From an uncultured Chloroflexia bacterium (GTDB lineage: Bacteria > Chloroflexota > Limnocylindria > QHBO01): a stretch of 64,000 nucleotides of DNA. The stretch is taken from the NCBI GenBank assembly GCA_963816215.1, contig CAWFKB010000003.1, positions 6,839-70,838 of the forward strand, given 5' to 3'. The translations under genes and the position numbers were made by a program. Below, in pieces: positions 17,917-26,594 of the stretch; position 1 is the stretch's first letter; every line of letters begins with the position of its first letter. The notes under the pieces are model-generated. The model was not told where the DNA came from, did no database searches, and was given only the letters and a program-made list of their open reading frames with translations.

Positions 17917-19661
17917 CGCAGCAGCTCCCCGGCGCTGCGAGTGGTGGCCACCTGCTCGGCCGCGAGGCCTGCCCGGCGGGCGACGCCGACCGCGTAATCG
18001 AGGTATCCCAGCTCCTCGGTTCGGTGCGCATCGCTCGACAGCGTGAGCCGCACGCCGGCCCGGGCTGCGTCCCGCGCCAGCCGTTCGTCCAGGTCGAGGC
18101 GCGGGCTGCCGTTGATCTCGAGCAGGGTGCCGGTGCGAGCGGCGGCCTCGAACAATTCGGGCCAGTGGAATGAGACGGGCTCGCGCCGGTTCACGATCCG
18201 CCCGGTGGGGTGGGCAATGATGTCCACGTGGGGGTTCTCGATCGCGGCGAGGGCCCGCTTGGTGAGCTGATCGACCGGCTGGCTGCGAGCGGCGTGGATG
18301 CTGGCCACCACCACGTCGAAGGTGGCGAGCAGCTCGTCGGGATAGTCGAGGGTCGCATCGGCCAGGATTTCCATCTCGGTACCGTGCAGGATGCGGAACG
18401 GGCTGAGCTCCCCGTTGAGGCGGTCGATCTCTGCCCGTTGCTCGGCCACCCGCTCCGGCGACAGCCCGCGCGCCACGCCCAGCGACGGGGAGTGATCGGT
18501 CAGGACCATGTACTCCAGGCCCGATGCGCGGGCGGCGCCGGCCATGGTCTCGATGTTGTCCACGCCATCGGTCCAGTTCGAGTGGGTATGGGTGTCACCC
18601 CGGATGTCGCCCCGCTCGACGAGGTGCGGCAGCGTGCCCGCCGCGGCGGCGGCCACCTCGCCCTCGCCCTCGCGCAGCTCGGGCGGCACCCACGCCATGT
18701 CCAGACGGGCGTAGACGTCTTCCTCGGTCGCGGCCAGGAGCAGCTCTCCGGTCTCCACGTCCTTGAACCCCTTCTCGCTCAGGGATAGCCCCCGGTCCTG
18801 GGCCCGGGCGCGGAGCTCGACGTTGTGCTCCTTGCTGCCGGTGAAGTGGACGAGATGCGAGCCCCAGGCCTCGGGACGGCACAGCATGAGGTCCACCTGC
18901 CGGTCCCCGTCGGCTCGCAGCACCACGCTGGCCTTGTCGGTCCCCGCGTTGAGCACCCGATCGACGTCCGGTAGCTGCTCGAATACCCTGATCAGCTCCG
19001 CTGGATCGTCGCAGGCGGCCAGGACGTCGAGGTCGCCGATCGTAGCCCGCCGGCGCCGCAGCGACCCGGCGGCCGCGATCTGATGAATACCCGGCACCCG
19101 GCCCAGGCCGGCCAGGATCTCGGCGGCCAGCCGGTCGGCATCGTGGAGGAGAAGCCGGCCGGATTGCTGTTCCAGGCGTCCGATCCCGGCCAGGATGTTC
19201 TGCTCGGTCCGAGCCGACATGCCGCTTACCTGGCGCACGCGCCCGGTTTCCGCCGCGGCTCGCAGCTCGTCGATGGAGGTGATGCCCAGCTCCACGTGAA
19301 GCTGGCGCGCGGTCCGCGGCCCAACTCCGCTGATGCGGAGCACGTCCAGGAGGCCGGGTGGGATCTGCTCTCGAAGGCGCTGGTGGTACTCGAGCTTCCC
19401 GGTCGTGGCCAGCTCGGTCAGCCGCGCACCGATGGCCGGGCCCACGCCGGCGATTTTCGGTGTGTGACCGTCCACCACGAGCGGAGCCAAGTCCACGGGA
19501 TAGCGCTCGATGGCATCGGCCACCCGTCGGTAGGCGACCGCCTTGTAGGGAACTTCGTCGAGGAGATCGAGGAGGTCGCCCACTTCCCGGAACGTTGCCG
19601 CCAGCTCGGCGTTGCTCAACCCGCCGCGGGCAGAACGAGTGACGGGGCGGGGTCGTGGCAT
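17913..19661 (-). CDS. polX: DNA polymerase X family protein with a C-terminal PHP (phosphoesterase) domain
   Basis: HhH motifs and the Pol-beta-like nucleotidyltransferase GSLRRRRATIGDLDVL. PHP metal ligands GDTHTHS and LTDH. Confidence 0.9.
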   Translation of the reverse strand: MPRPRPVTRSARGGLSNAELAATFREVGDLLDLLDEVPYKAVAYRRVADAIERYPVDLAPLVVDGHTPKIAGVGPAIGARLTELATTGKLEYHQRLREQIPPGLLDVLRISGVGPRTARQLHVELGITSIDELRAAAETGRVRQVSGMSARTEQNILAGIGRLEQQSGRLLLHDADRLAAEILAGLGRVPGIHQIAAAGSLRRRRATIGDLDVLAACDDPAELIRVFEQLPDVDRVLNAGTDKASVVLRADGDRQVDLMLCRPEAWGSHLVHFTGSKEHNVELRARAQDRGLSLSEKGFKDVETGELLLAATEEDVYARLDMAWVPPELREGEGEVAAAAAGTLPHLVERGDIRGDTHTHSNWTDGVDNIETMAGAARASGLEYMVLTDHSPSLGVARGLSPERVAEQRAEIDRLNGELSPFRILHGTEMEILADATLDYPDELLATFDVVVASIHAARSQPVDQLTKRALAAIENPHVDIIAHPTGRIVNRREPVSFHWPELFEAAARTGTLLEINGSPRLDLDERLARDAARAGVRLTLSSDAHRTEELGYLDYAVGVARRAGLAAEQVATTRSAGELLR

Positions 19662-19702
19662 CGGCGCATTCTACGAACCGCAGCCGAATTGCAGAAAGCA
19701 CG

Positions 19703-19728
19703 AAGCCGGGCCCGTCGGCCCGGCTTCG
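19703..19728 (-). terminator. Intrinsic-terminator-like hairpin (11-bp GC stem, 4-nt loop) downstream of the small basic-protein gene
   Basis: GAAGCCGGGCC cgtc GGCCCGGCTTC, followed on the minus strand by UUCGUGCUUUCU. Confidence 0.45.
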
Positions 19729-19750
19729 AAATTGGTTGGTTGTGGTTGGC

Positions 19751-19912
19751 TTATCGCGTCCGGCGCAGTGCGCGCGGCAAGCTCAGGCCGAACATTCGGC
19801 TTCGGCGGCGACGTGGGACTTCGGTGATGTACCGCTCCCGGTGTGCCTCCTCGAGCAGCTCGCGCTGCCGGATGGACGCGATCAAGGCCATGTAGGTCAG
19901 CCCGCGGCTCAT
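19751..19912 (-). CDS. Small (53 aa) highly basic hypothetical protein
   Basis: Strong SD AAGGAGGAAACAGG before the ATG. MSRGLTYMALIASIRQRELLEEAHRERYITEVPRRRRSRMFGLSLPRALRRTR. Sits in a low-GC intergenic island with a terminator hairpin downstream. Confidence 0.5.
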   Translation of the reverse strand: MSRGLTYMALIASIRQRELLEEAHRERYITEVPRRRRSRMFGLSLPRALRRTR

Positions 19913-20042
19913 CCTGTTTCCTCCTTGTCCAAAACCGATGCCCCCTGACTGGCGAACTCCAGCTTGCATCGGTAACTATTGCAGAACACTTTATCGGTTA
20001 CGAATGATAGATTGCTGTCAGTAACTTGTCAACCTACCTATA

Positions 20043-20726
20043 ATGGTTACGACAATGCGCCCCCCGACAGACGTCCTTCCCGAACCCCCGTCCACCGACC
20101 TCTGGGTCCGGTTCGTCAACACCGAGACCTTCACCCGCGGGCGGTCCACCGATCACATCGGCCAAGGGGACGCGCTGGTGGCCTGGCTGCGCGACGCGCG
20201 GCTTCTCTCGGATCGAGCAGCGAGTGCCGAGCGCGCCCAGCTTCGCGACGACCCCGAAGAAGCGAGCCGTCGCCTGGAGGACTACCGCGCCCTGCGCGAC
20301 CTGATTCGGGCGATGGCCGTGGAGCTGACCACGGGCGGCGAGCTGCAGCGTGGACAGGTCCGCGACCTGAATCACATCCTCCGTCGTGGTCTCCACTACC
20401 ACCAGCTCGAGACGAACATCGATGGCAACCAGTACGCGCTCGCGCGCGTGGGCGACCGGCTGGACCAGGCCCGAGCCACGGTGGCCGGAACGTTTGCCGA
20501 ATACCTCGCCGGGCGCGACCTGCGCCGGCTGCGCATCTGCGCCAACGACGGTTGTCGCGAGATCTTCATCGACCGATCCCCCACCGGGCGGCGACGCTGG
20601 TGCACCATGCGGACCTGCGGCAACCGGGCCAAGGTGGCGCGCCACCGAGAACGGCACCGGGCTGACGCAAGCGTTCCGCCGCCGGACATGACTGGGACAC
20701 TTCCCGCCGGAGCCATCGCGCACTAG
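20043..20726 (+). CDS. ABATE-domain / CGNR zinc-finger protein
   Basis: C-terminal RRWCTMRTCGNRAKV zinc finger. Real start may be the second ATG at 20055. Confidence 0.8.
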   Translation: MVTTMRPPTDVLPEPPSTDLWVRFVNTETFTRGRSTDHIGQGDALVAWLRDARLLSDRAASAERAQLRDDPEEASRRLEDYRALRDLIRAMAVELTTGGELQRGQVRDLNHILRRGLHYHQLETNIDGNQYALARVGDRLDQARATVAGTFAEYLAGRDLRRLRICANDGCREIFIDRSPTGRRRWCTMRTCGNRAKVARHRERHRADASVPPPDMTGTLPAGAIAH

Positions 20727-20888
20727 AATCAGGCGCTTTTCCGCATACGAGGCTCCATCGACCCAGTGGACGCTGGTTGTAGTACCCGTTTCGCGCGCCG
20801 GTCGCTCGGCGCCGAGGTGACCGCCTAGCGAGGATTGTCCCGGCGGGACCCCGGCGATCGACGACCACCCGACGCGCAACTAACTTCA

Positions 20889-20933
20889 CGGTGCCGCGAC
20901 GAGGTGGTTTTTCTGTGCCCGTCGCGCGGCACC
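20889..20933 (+). promoter_or_regulatory. Stable stem-loop in the mgtE 5' leader, immediately 5' of the SD
   Basis: GGTGCCGCGACG ... CGTCGCGCGGCACC, about 12 bp with a 2-nt bulge. The 18-nt loop contains GAGGUGG, duplicating the SD GGAGGUGG. Confidence 0.4.
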
Positions 20934-20949
20934 CCAAGGAGGTGGTCCG

Positions 20950-22305
20950 ATGAGCGAGGTCGAGACTGGCGAGCTGCTCGCCGAAGTCCAGGCCCTCATT
21001 CGCGAGCGCGAGCAGGAAGGCGTGCGAGGCCTTGCCGAGCGCATCGGTCCCTCCGAATGGGCTGACCTGGTCCCCCAGCTGGAGCCGGCCGAGGTTGCGG
21101 TCCTGATCCAGTGGCTGCCCGACGAGGAGGTCCCGGCGCTCCTCGAGGAGCTGCCTCCGGCAGAAGCGGCCCGCATCCTGCGCACGCTGTCGCAGTCCGA
21201 GGCGGCCCAGCTGCTCGAGGGGATGGACCCCGACGATGCGGCGGACATCATCGAGAACCTGCCCGACACGACGGCCGACGAGATCCTGGTCCGGATGCGA
21301 GCCGAGGACGCGGCCGAGATCCGCGAGCTCGCGGCATACGAGCCGGACTCGGCCGGTGGCCTCATGACCCCCGCGTTCGTGGCGGTGGAGGCAGACGTGA
21401 CTTCCGCTCAGGCGCTGGCCGCCATCCGACGCCTGGTCGACGAGGCGGAGACGGTGAACTACGTGTACGTGGTGGACGGCGACCGCCACCTGCTCGGCGT
21501 CCTGTCCCTGTATCGGCTCCTGCTGAGCCCGACCGAGACGCCGGTCCGCGAGCTGATGGCGCCCGACACGGTGCGCGTCCGGGCCAGCGCGGACCAGGAA
21601 GCCGCCGCGCGTCTGCTGACCGACCGCAACCTGCTGGCCATCCCGGTGGTCGACGACGAGGACCATCTGCTGGGGATCATCACCGAGGACGACGTGGCCG
21701 ACGTCCTGCAGGCGGAGGCCACCGAAGACATCGAGCGGCTTGGTGGTTCGCAGCCGTTGAACCTGCCCTATCGGCTGGCCAGCGTGTCGCTCCTGTTCCG
21801 GAAGCGCGTGTTCTGGATCCTGCTCCTGTTCGTGGCCGAGGCCTACACCGGTACGGTGCTCCGCAACTTCCAGGGTGAGCTGGCCACGGTCGTTGCGCTC
21901 AGCTTCTTCATCCCGCTCCTGATCGGGACCGGCGGCAACATCGGCAGCCAGACGGTGACCCTGATCGTGCGCGCCATGGCCGTGAACGATCTCGCCATGC
22001 GCGACATCGGCTGGATCGTGTTCAAGGAGATGCGCGTTGGGCTGGCGCTCGGCGCCGTCATGGCCGTGGCTGCATTCATTCGGGCTTACCTGCTCGACGT
22101 GGGTCCCGACATCGGACTGGTCGTCGCCCTAACGGTCGTCGCAATCTCCGTCTGGTCAGCCACAGTGGCCGCGGCCCTGCCTTTACTCCTGCGGCGGCTC
22201 CGGGTGGACCCTGCCGTTGTTTCGGCGCCGCTCATCACCACCCTCGTGGACGGGACCGGGCTGATCATCTACTTCGAGATCGCACGGCTGGTGCTGAGCC
22301 TGTAG
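20950..22305 (+). CDS. mgtE: Magnesium transporter MgtE
   Basis: MgtE N-domain, tandem CBS domains, and a C-terminal 5-TM channel with the GTGGNIGSQ motif. Confidence 0.9.
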   Translation: MSEVETGELLAEVQALIREREQEGVRGLAERIGPSEWADLVPQLEPAEVAVLIQWLPDEEVPALLEELPPAEAARILRTLSQSEAAQLLEGMDPDDAADIIENLPDTTADEILVRMRAEDAAEIRELAAYEPDSAGGLMTPAFVAVEADVTSAQALAAIRRLVDEAETVNYVYVVDGDRHLLGVLSLYRLLLSPTETPVRELMAPDTVRVRASADQEAAARLLTDRNLLAIPVVDDEDHLLGIITEDDVADVLQAEATEDIERLGGSQPLNLPYRLASVSLLFRKRVFWILLLFVAEAYTGTVLRNFQGELATVVALSFFIPLLIGTGGNIGSQTVTLIVRAMAVNDLAMRDIGWIVFKEMRVGLALGAVMAVAAFIRAYLLDVGPDIGLVVALTVVAISVWSATVAAALPLLLRRLRVDPAVVSAPLITTLVDGTGLIIYFEIARLVLSL

Positions 22306-22333
22306 CTAGCGGCGCCGGTGGCCGCGGGGCGCG

Positions 22334-23335
22334 TCAGACGCCGATGGGGTGCCAGACGGTTTTGATCTCGACGAACTCACCGATGAGGTACGGCGACTGC
22401 GCGTCGGCCGACAGCCAGTCGTAGCCGTTCAGGCCACCGTTCGGCGGCCGCGAGAAGCGTTTCACGTTCTCGGTGGCCGCTTCCTCAACTGCGGTAACGC
22501 TGGCGAGGTCCAGCCCGAAGCCATCGAGGGCGTTGACGTCCATGTGGGACGCGAGGTGCGGCACGAGCTCGCGCCGCAGGCCGGTGATCACGTTCACGAC
22601 GCCGCCCGGAACGTCAGAGGTGGCGACGACCTCGGCAAGGGTGATGGCCGGCAGCGGGCGAGACTCACTTGCCAGGACGACCGCGGCGTTACCCGACACG
22701 ATGACCGGCGCCAGGCGGCTCACGAGCCCGAGCAACGACGAGTCCTCGGCAGCCACGATCCCCACCACGCCGGTGGGTTCGGGGATGGAGAAGTTGAAGT
22801 ACGCCCCGCCGACGGGGTTCACGTTACCGAGGATCTGCGGGAACTTGTCGGCCCAGCCCGCGTACCAGACCCATCGGTCGATCGCGGCATCCACCAGGCG
22901 CCGCGCACGCTGGAGGCCCACCCCTTCGGCTGCGCGGACCTCGGACACGAACTGGTCGCGGCGCCCTTCCATGAGCTCCGCGATGCGATAGAGGATCTGG
23001 CTCCGGTTGGCCGCCGTCTTGTCGGCCCATTCGGGCTGGACCTTGCGCGCCGCCCGGACCGCGTCACGGATGTCCTTGCGGGTGCCGCGGCAGGCATTGG
23101 CCAGCATCGCGCCCTGCGCATCGCGTACCACGTACGCGCGCCCTGACTCGGTGCGCGGGAACGCCCCGCCAATGAACAGCTTGTATGTCTTTCGCACGCC
23201 CAGGCGCTCCCCCGCTGCACTCGCGCCGTCGCGCAGGGCGAGGGGAGCCGGGGAACGCGTGTCCAGGACGGAGGCGCGGGCGCGCGGGCGCGTCGTGGTG
23301 GGGCGGCGAGCGGTGGAGCGACGCGGAACCGCCAT
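22334..23335 (-). CDS. Aldehyde-dehydrogenase-like protein with an internal deletion of the catalytic domain (non-catalytic paralog?)
   Basis: N-terminal ALDH regions YKLFIGG, VVGIVAAEDSS and GVVNVITG up to ATENVKRF. It then joins directly to the extreme C-terminal ALDH tail PPNGGLNGY...EFVEIKTVW. ELGGK and the catalytic Cys region are absent. Confidence 0.6.
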   Translation of the reverse strand: MAVPRRSTARRPTTTRPRARASVLDTRSPAPLALRDGASAAGERLGVRKTYKLFIGGAFPRTESGRAYVVRDAQGAMLANACRGTRKDIRDAVRAARKVQPEWADKTAANRSQILYRIAELMEGRRDQFVSEVRAAEGVGLQRARRLVDAAIDRWVWYAGWADKFPQILGNVNPVGGAYFNFSIPEPTGVVGIVAAEDSSLLGLVSRLAPVIVSGNAAVVLASESRPLPAITLAEVVATSDVPGGVVNVITGLRRELVPHLASHMDVNALDGFGLDLASVTAVEEAATENVKRFSRPPNGGLNGYDWLSADAQSPYLIGEFVEIKTVWHPIGV

Positions 23336-23338
23336 TGG

Positions 23339-24850
23339 TCAGTTCGCCCCGTTCATGCGTGTATAAGCCGCCAACCCGTGGAGCCCGCCCTCGCGGCCGT
23401 AGCCGGACTCCTTGTAGCCGCCGAACGGGGAGGTGGGATCGAATCGGTTGAAGGTGTTGGCCCATACCACGCCGGCCTTCATGGCCCCGACCATCTTGAA
23501 GATCCGGCTGCCCTTCTCGGTCCACACCCCGGCCGACAGGCCATACGGGGTGTTGTTCGCCTTCTCGACGGCCTCTTCGGGCGTTCGGAAGGTGAGGACG
23601 GAGAGCACGGGGCCGAAGATCTCCTCCTGCGCGATCCGATGGCTCTGGCTCACGCCCGTGAACAGGGTGGGCCGGAAGAAGAAGCCCTTGTCCGGCAGGA
23701 CGCAGTCGGGCTGGAAGATCTCGGCCCCTTCCGCGATCCCCGATTCGACGAGCTCAGCGATCTTGGCCAGCTGGCCGGCGGAGTTGATGGCGCCGACATC
23801 GGTGTTCTTGTCGAGCGGGTCGCCAACACGCAAGGTCGAGAGGCGGTCCTTCAGCTTGTCGAGGAGCGGCTCATAGACCGATTCCTGCACGAACAGGCGC
23901 GACCCGGCGCAGCACACCTCGCCCTGGTTGAAGTAAATGCCGTTGATGATGCCCTCGATTGCCTGGTCGAGTGGCGCATCGTCGAAGACGATGTTCGCCG
24001 CCTTCCCGCCCAGCTCCAGGGTCACCTTCTTGTGGGTGCCCGCCACGGCGCGGGCGATGAGCTTGCCCACCGCCGTGGAGCCGGTGAAGGCCACCTTGTC
24101 GACCTGCGGGTGGCGGACGAGCTCCATCCCGATGTCGCCGGGCCCGGTGATGATGTTCACGACCCCGGGAGGCAGCTCCGCCTGGCGGACGACATCGGCG
24201 AATAAGTAGGCGGTAAGCGGCGTGGTCGAGGCTGGCTTGAGGATCACCGTGTTGCCGCAGGCCAGGGCCGGGGCGATCTTCCAGGCCAGCATGAGGAGCG
24301 GGAAGTTCCACGGGATGATCTGTGCGGCCACGCCCAGCGAGGTGGGCCTGCGATTCGGGAACGCGTACTCGAGCTTGTCGGCCCAGCCCGCGTAATAGAA
24401 GAAGTGGGCCGCTGCGAGTGGCACGTCCACGTCGCGGCTTTCCTTGATGGGCTTGCCGCTGTTCATGGTCTCGACGACCGCGAACTCGCGCGAGCGCTCC
24501 TGCATGATCCGTGCGATGCGGTAGAGGTATTTCGCGCGCTCGCTGCCCGGCATGCGTGACCAGACCGTGTCGTGCGCACGGCGGGCGGCGGTGACGGCTC
24601 GGTTGACGTCCGCCTTGCTGGCCCGGGCCACCTTCGAGAGCACTTCCTCGGTCGCGGGGTTGATGACGTCGAAGGTCGCCTTCGGACGCGCTGGCGTGAA
24701 CTGGTTGTCGATGAACAGCCCGTATTCGCGCTCGATCCGGATGTGATCGGTGGACTCCGGAGCGGCGGCATACTCCCAGGGCACTCCGCGCGCGCCCATG
24801 CCCCACGAGGCAGCGGCGGGCTTGGCGTCCGGCTTTCGGGTGAGTGCCAT
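23339..24850 (-). CDS. Aldehyde dehydrogenase (NAD(P)+), full length
   Basis: ELGGKAAN and FNQGEVCCAGSR catalytic motifs. 503 aa. Confidence 0.9.
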   Translation of the reverse strand: MALTRKPDAKPAAASWGMGARGVPWEYAAAPESTDHIRIEREYGLFIDNQFTPARPKATFDVINPATEEVLSKVARASKADVNRAVTAARRAHDTVWSRMPGSERAKYLYRIARIMQERSREFAVVETMNSGKPIKESRDVDVPLAAAHFFYYAGWADKLEYAFPNRRPTSLGVAAQIIPWNFPLLMLAWKIAPALACGNTVILKPASTTPLTAYLFADVVRQAELPPGVVNIITGPGDIGMELVRHPQVDKVAFTGSTAVGKLIARAVAGTHKKVTLELGGKAANIVFDDAPLDQAIEGIINGIYFNQGEVCCAGSRLFVQESVYEPLLDKLKDRLSTLRVGDPLDKNTDVGAINSAGQLAKIAELVESGIAEGAEIFQPDCVLPDKGFFFRPTLFTGVSQSHRIAQEEIFGPVLSVLTFRTPEEAVEKANNTPYGLSAGVWTEKGSRIFKMVGAMKAGVVWANTFNRFDPTSPFGGYKESGYGREGGLHGLAAYTRMNGAN

Positions 24851-24971
24851 TGCCGCCGATTATGGACTGACGGTGCCCAACGGGTGCCGCAGAGCGGGGT
24901 TCCTTCGGCGGTTGGGTTCGTGGCTTTCGGCACTGGCCGCCGTGACGGGGTCGGCAGACCATGTCAGCACG

Positions 24972-25970
24972 ATGAACAGCATCGGCTCGGGTGGGGGGCC
25001 GTTCCGCGCCCGCGTAGCGTGGGCGATGTTGGCCGCCGTGCTCGTCAGCTGCTCGCCATCGCCGTCGATGACACCGCAGGACTCCGCCAGCCCCGGGCCA
25101 TCGGCTTCCACCATGCCGACCACGTCGCCGACCGGGTCGCCGGCCACGCTTCTGGTCCGGCTGACCAGCGAGATTCACAACCCACCCGTCCTCACCCTCA
25201 GCGTGGAGATCATGGCCGACGGTCAGGTGATCGAGGGCGGCGAGCAGTGGTCTAGCCGAACCCTAACCGCGGACGGGCTGGAGCAGGTCGAGGAGGCAAT
25301 CCTCAGCTCCCCGCTGCTGCAGGACAGCGCCGACTACCCATGGGAGCTCGCCGTGCCGCCGGAGCAGGCGCCCATCGGGATCTCGGGAACATGGAAATTC
25401 GTCATCGGGGAGCAGCCGGAGCCGATTGTCGTGACATCGGGCGTCTGGCTGGATGAAGCCGAGGCCTTGTACTTCGTCCCTTCACCCGAGCGCCAGGAAC
25501 TCGATCGCCTTGCACACCTTCTGGCGGATCCCACTGCCTGGGTCACCTCGGACGGCTGGGTGGAGGCGGACTCGGCTCCGTACGAGGCCGCCAGCTATCT
25601 GCTATGGGTGACGGTGTGGCCTGCGCCTACTCCGGACGGGATCGTCTCCGGCGCCGAAGTTACCTGGCCGTTCGCGGAACCCCTCGAGGAGTTCGGTGAT
25701 GTCGTCGAAACCGGTGAAGGCGGTGTTGGACCCGGTCCGCCCGGCTCGGCCGAAGGTCGCTGCGGGTACATCGACTCGTCCATGGCCGCCGACCTGGTGA
25801 CCGTCCTCACGGGGCTGGGTTTCGACCCCCCGACCCTCGACGGTGCCAATTCCCAGGCCGACATGAACGTTGCCACGGAGACTGGTTGGGTCAGCCTCTT
25901 CCTCAGTTCACGGACCGTGGATGAGTTTCCGACCTGCGCTGACGCCGCGGGGTTCCTTCCGCCGCACTGA
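24972..25970 (+). CDS. Hypothetical lipoprotein
   Basis: Internal start MNSIGSGGGPFRARVAWAMLAAVLVSCS (lipobox), then a Ser/Pro/Thr-rich linker. No recognisable domain. Confidence 0.5.
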   Translation: MNSIGSGGGPFRARVAWAMLAAVLVSCSPSPSMTPQDSASPGPSASTMPTTSPTGSPATLLVRLTSEIHNPPVLTLSVEIMADGQVIEGGEQWSSRTLTADGLEQVEEAILSSPLLQDSADYPWELAVPPEQAPIGISGTWKFVIGEQPEPIVVTSGVWLDEAEALYFVPSPERQELDRLAHLLADPTAWVTSDGWVEADSAPYEAASYLLWVTVWPAPTPDGIVSGAEVTWPFAEPLEEFGDVVETGEGGVGPGPPGSAEGRCGYIDSSMAADLVTVLTGLGFDPPTLDGANSQADMNVATETGWVSLFLSSRTVDEFPTCADAAGFLPPH

Positions 25971-25985
25971 GCGCACCGTCAGGCT

Positions 25986-26594
25986 TCAGCGTGCGACAGC
26001 CCCCTCGAGGCGGAGCAGAAATCGCTTGTTGTCCAGGCCGCCGGTGTAGCCGCCGAGACCGCCGTCGGCGTGGATGACCCGGTGGCAGGGCACCACGATC
26101 GGGATCGGGTTGCCGGCCAGGGCGTTGCCAGCTGCCCGGGCAGCGCGCGGCGAACCGGCGGCAGCGGCCACCTCCCCGTAGCTCGCCGTCTCGCCAAACG
26201 GGATCTCGGCCGTCGCCTGGAGCACACCAACGTTGAAGCCGCGGACCAGGGTCCAGTCGATCGGCAGGTCGAACCGATGGCGCCGCTCCCCGAAGTACTC
26301 GTCGAGCTGCGCACGAACCGGATCGGTCCGGCGCGGGGCGACCAGGACCCGAGGCGAGACCTGCTCGGCGACCTCTTCCGCCACCTCACCGAAGTTCTCC
26401 CGGTCGTACGCAACGCGGACGAGGCCGCGCGGCGTCACGAATACCGCGATCGGCCCCAGCGGCGTGTCGAGCGTGGCCCACGCCACGTCGAGTAGCCCCG
26501 CAGCATCGGCCCGGCGGGCCAGCTCGGCGGTGACCCGCGCAGGGTCCACGGATGGGGTTGCGCGACGGGAGAGTCGCTTCTCCAGATCGGTCAT
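25986..26594 (-). CDS. ogt: Methylated-DNA--protein-cysteine methyltransferase
   Basis: Active-site PCHRV and GNPIPIVVPCHRVI. Start at MTDLEKR. Confidence 0.85.
   Translation of the reverse strand: MTDLEKRLSRRATPSVDPARVTAELARRADAAGLLDVAWATLDTPLGPIAVFVTPRGLVRVAYDRENFGEVAEEVAEQVSPRVLVAPRRTDPVRAQLDEYFGERRHRFDLPIDWTLVRGFNVGVLQATAEIPFGETASYGEVAAAAGSPRAARAAGNALAGNPIPIVVPCHRVIHADGGLGGYTGGLDNKRFLLRLEGAVAR

Noticed and set aside
20566-21666. 366-aa minus-strand ORF overlapping the CGNR gene, its intergenic leader and mgtE
   Set aside because: Antisense to the well-supported mgtE and crossing an intergenic region. No motifs.
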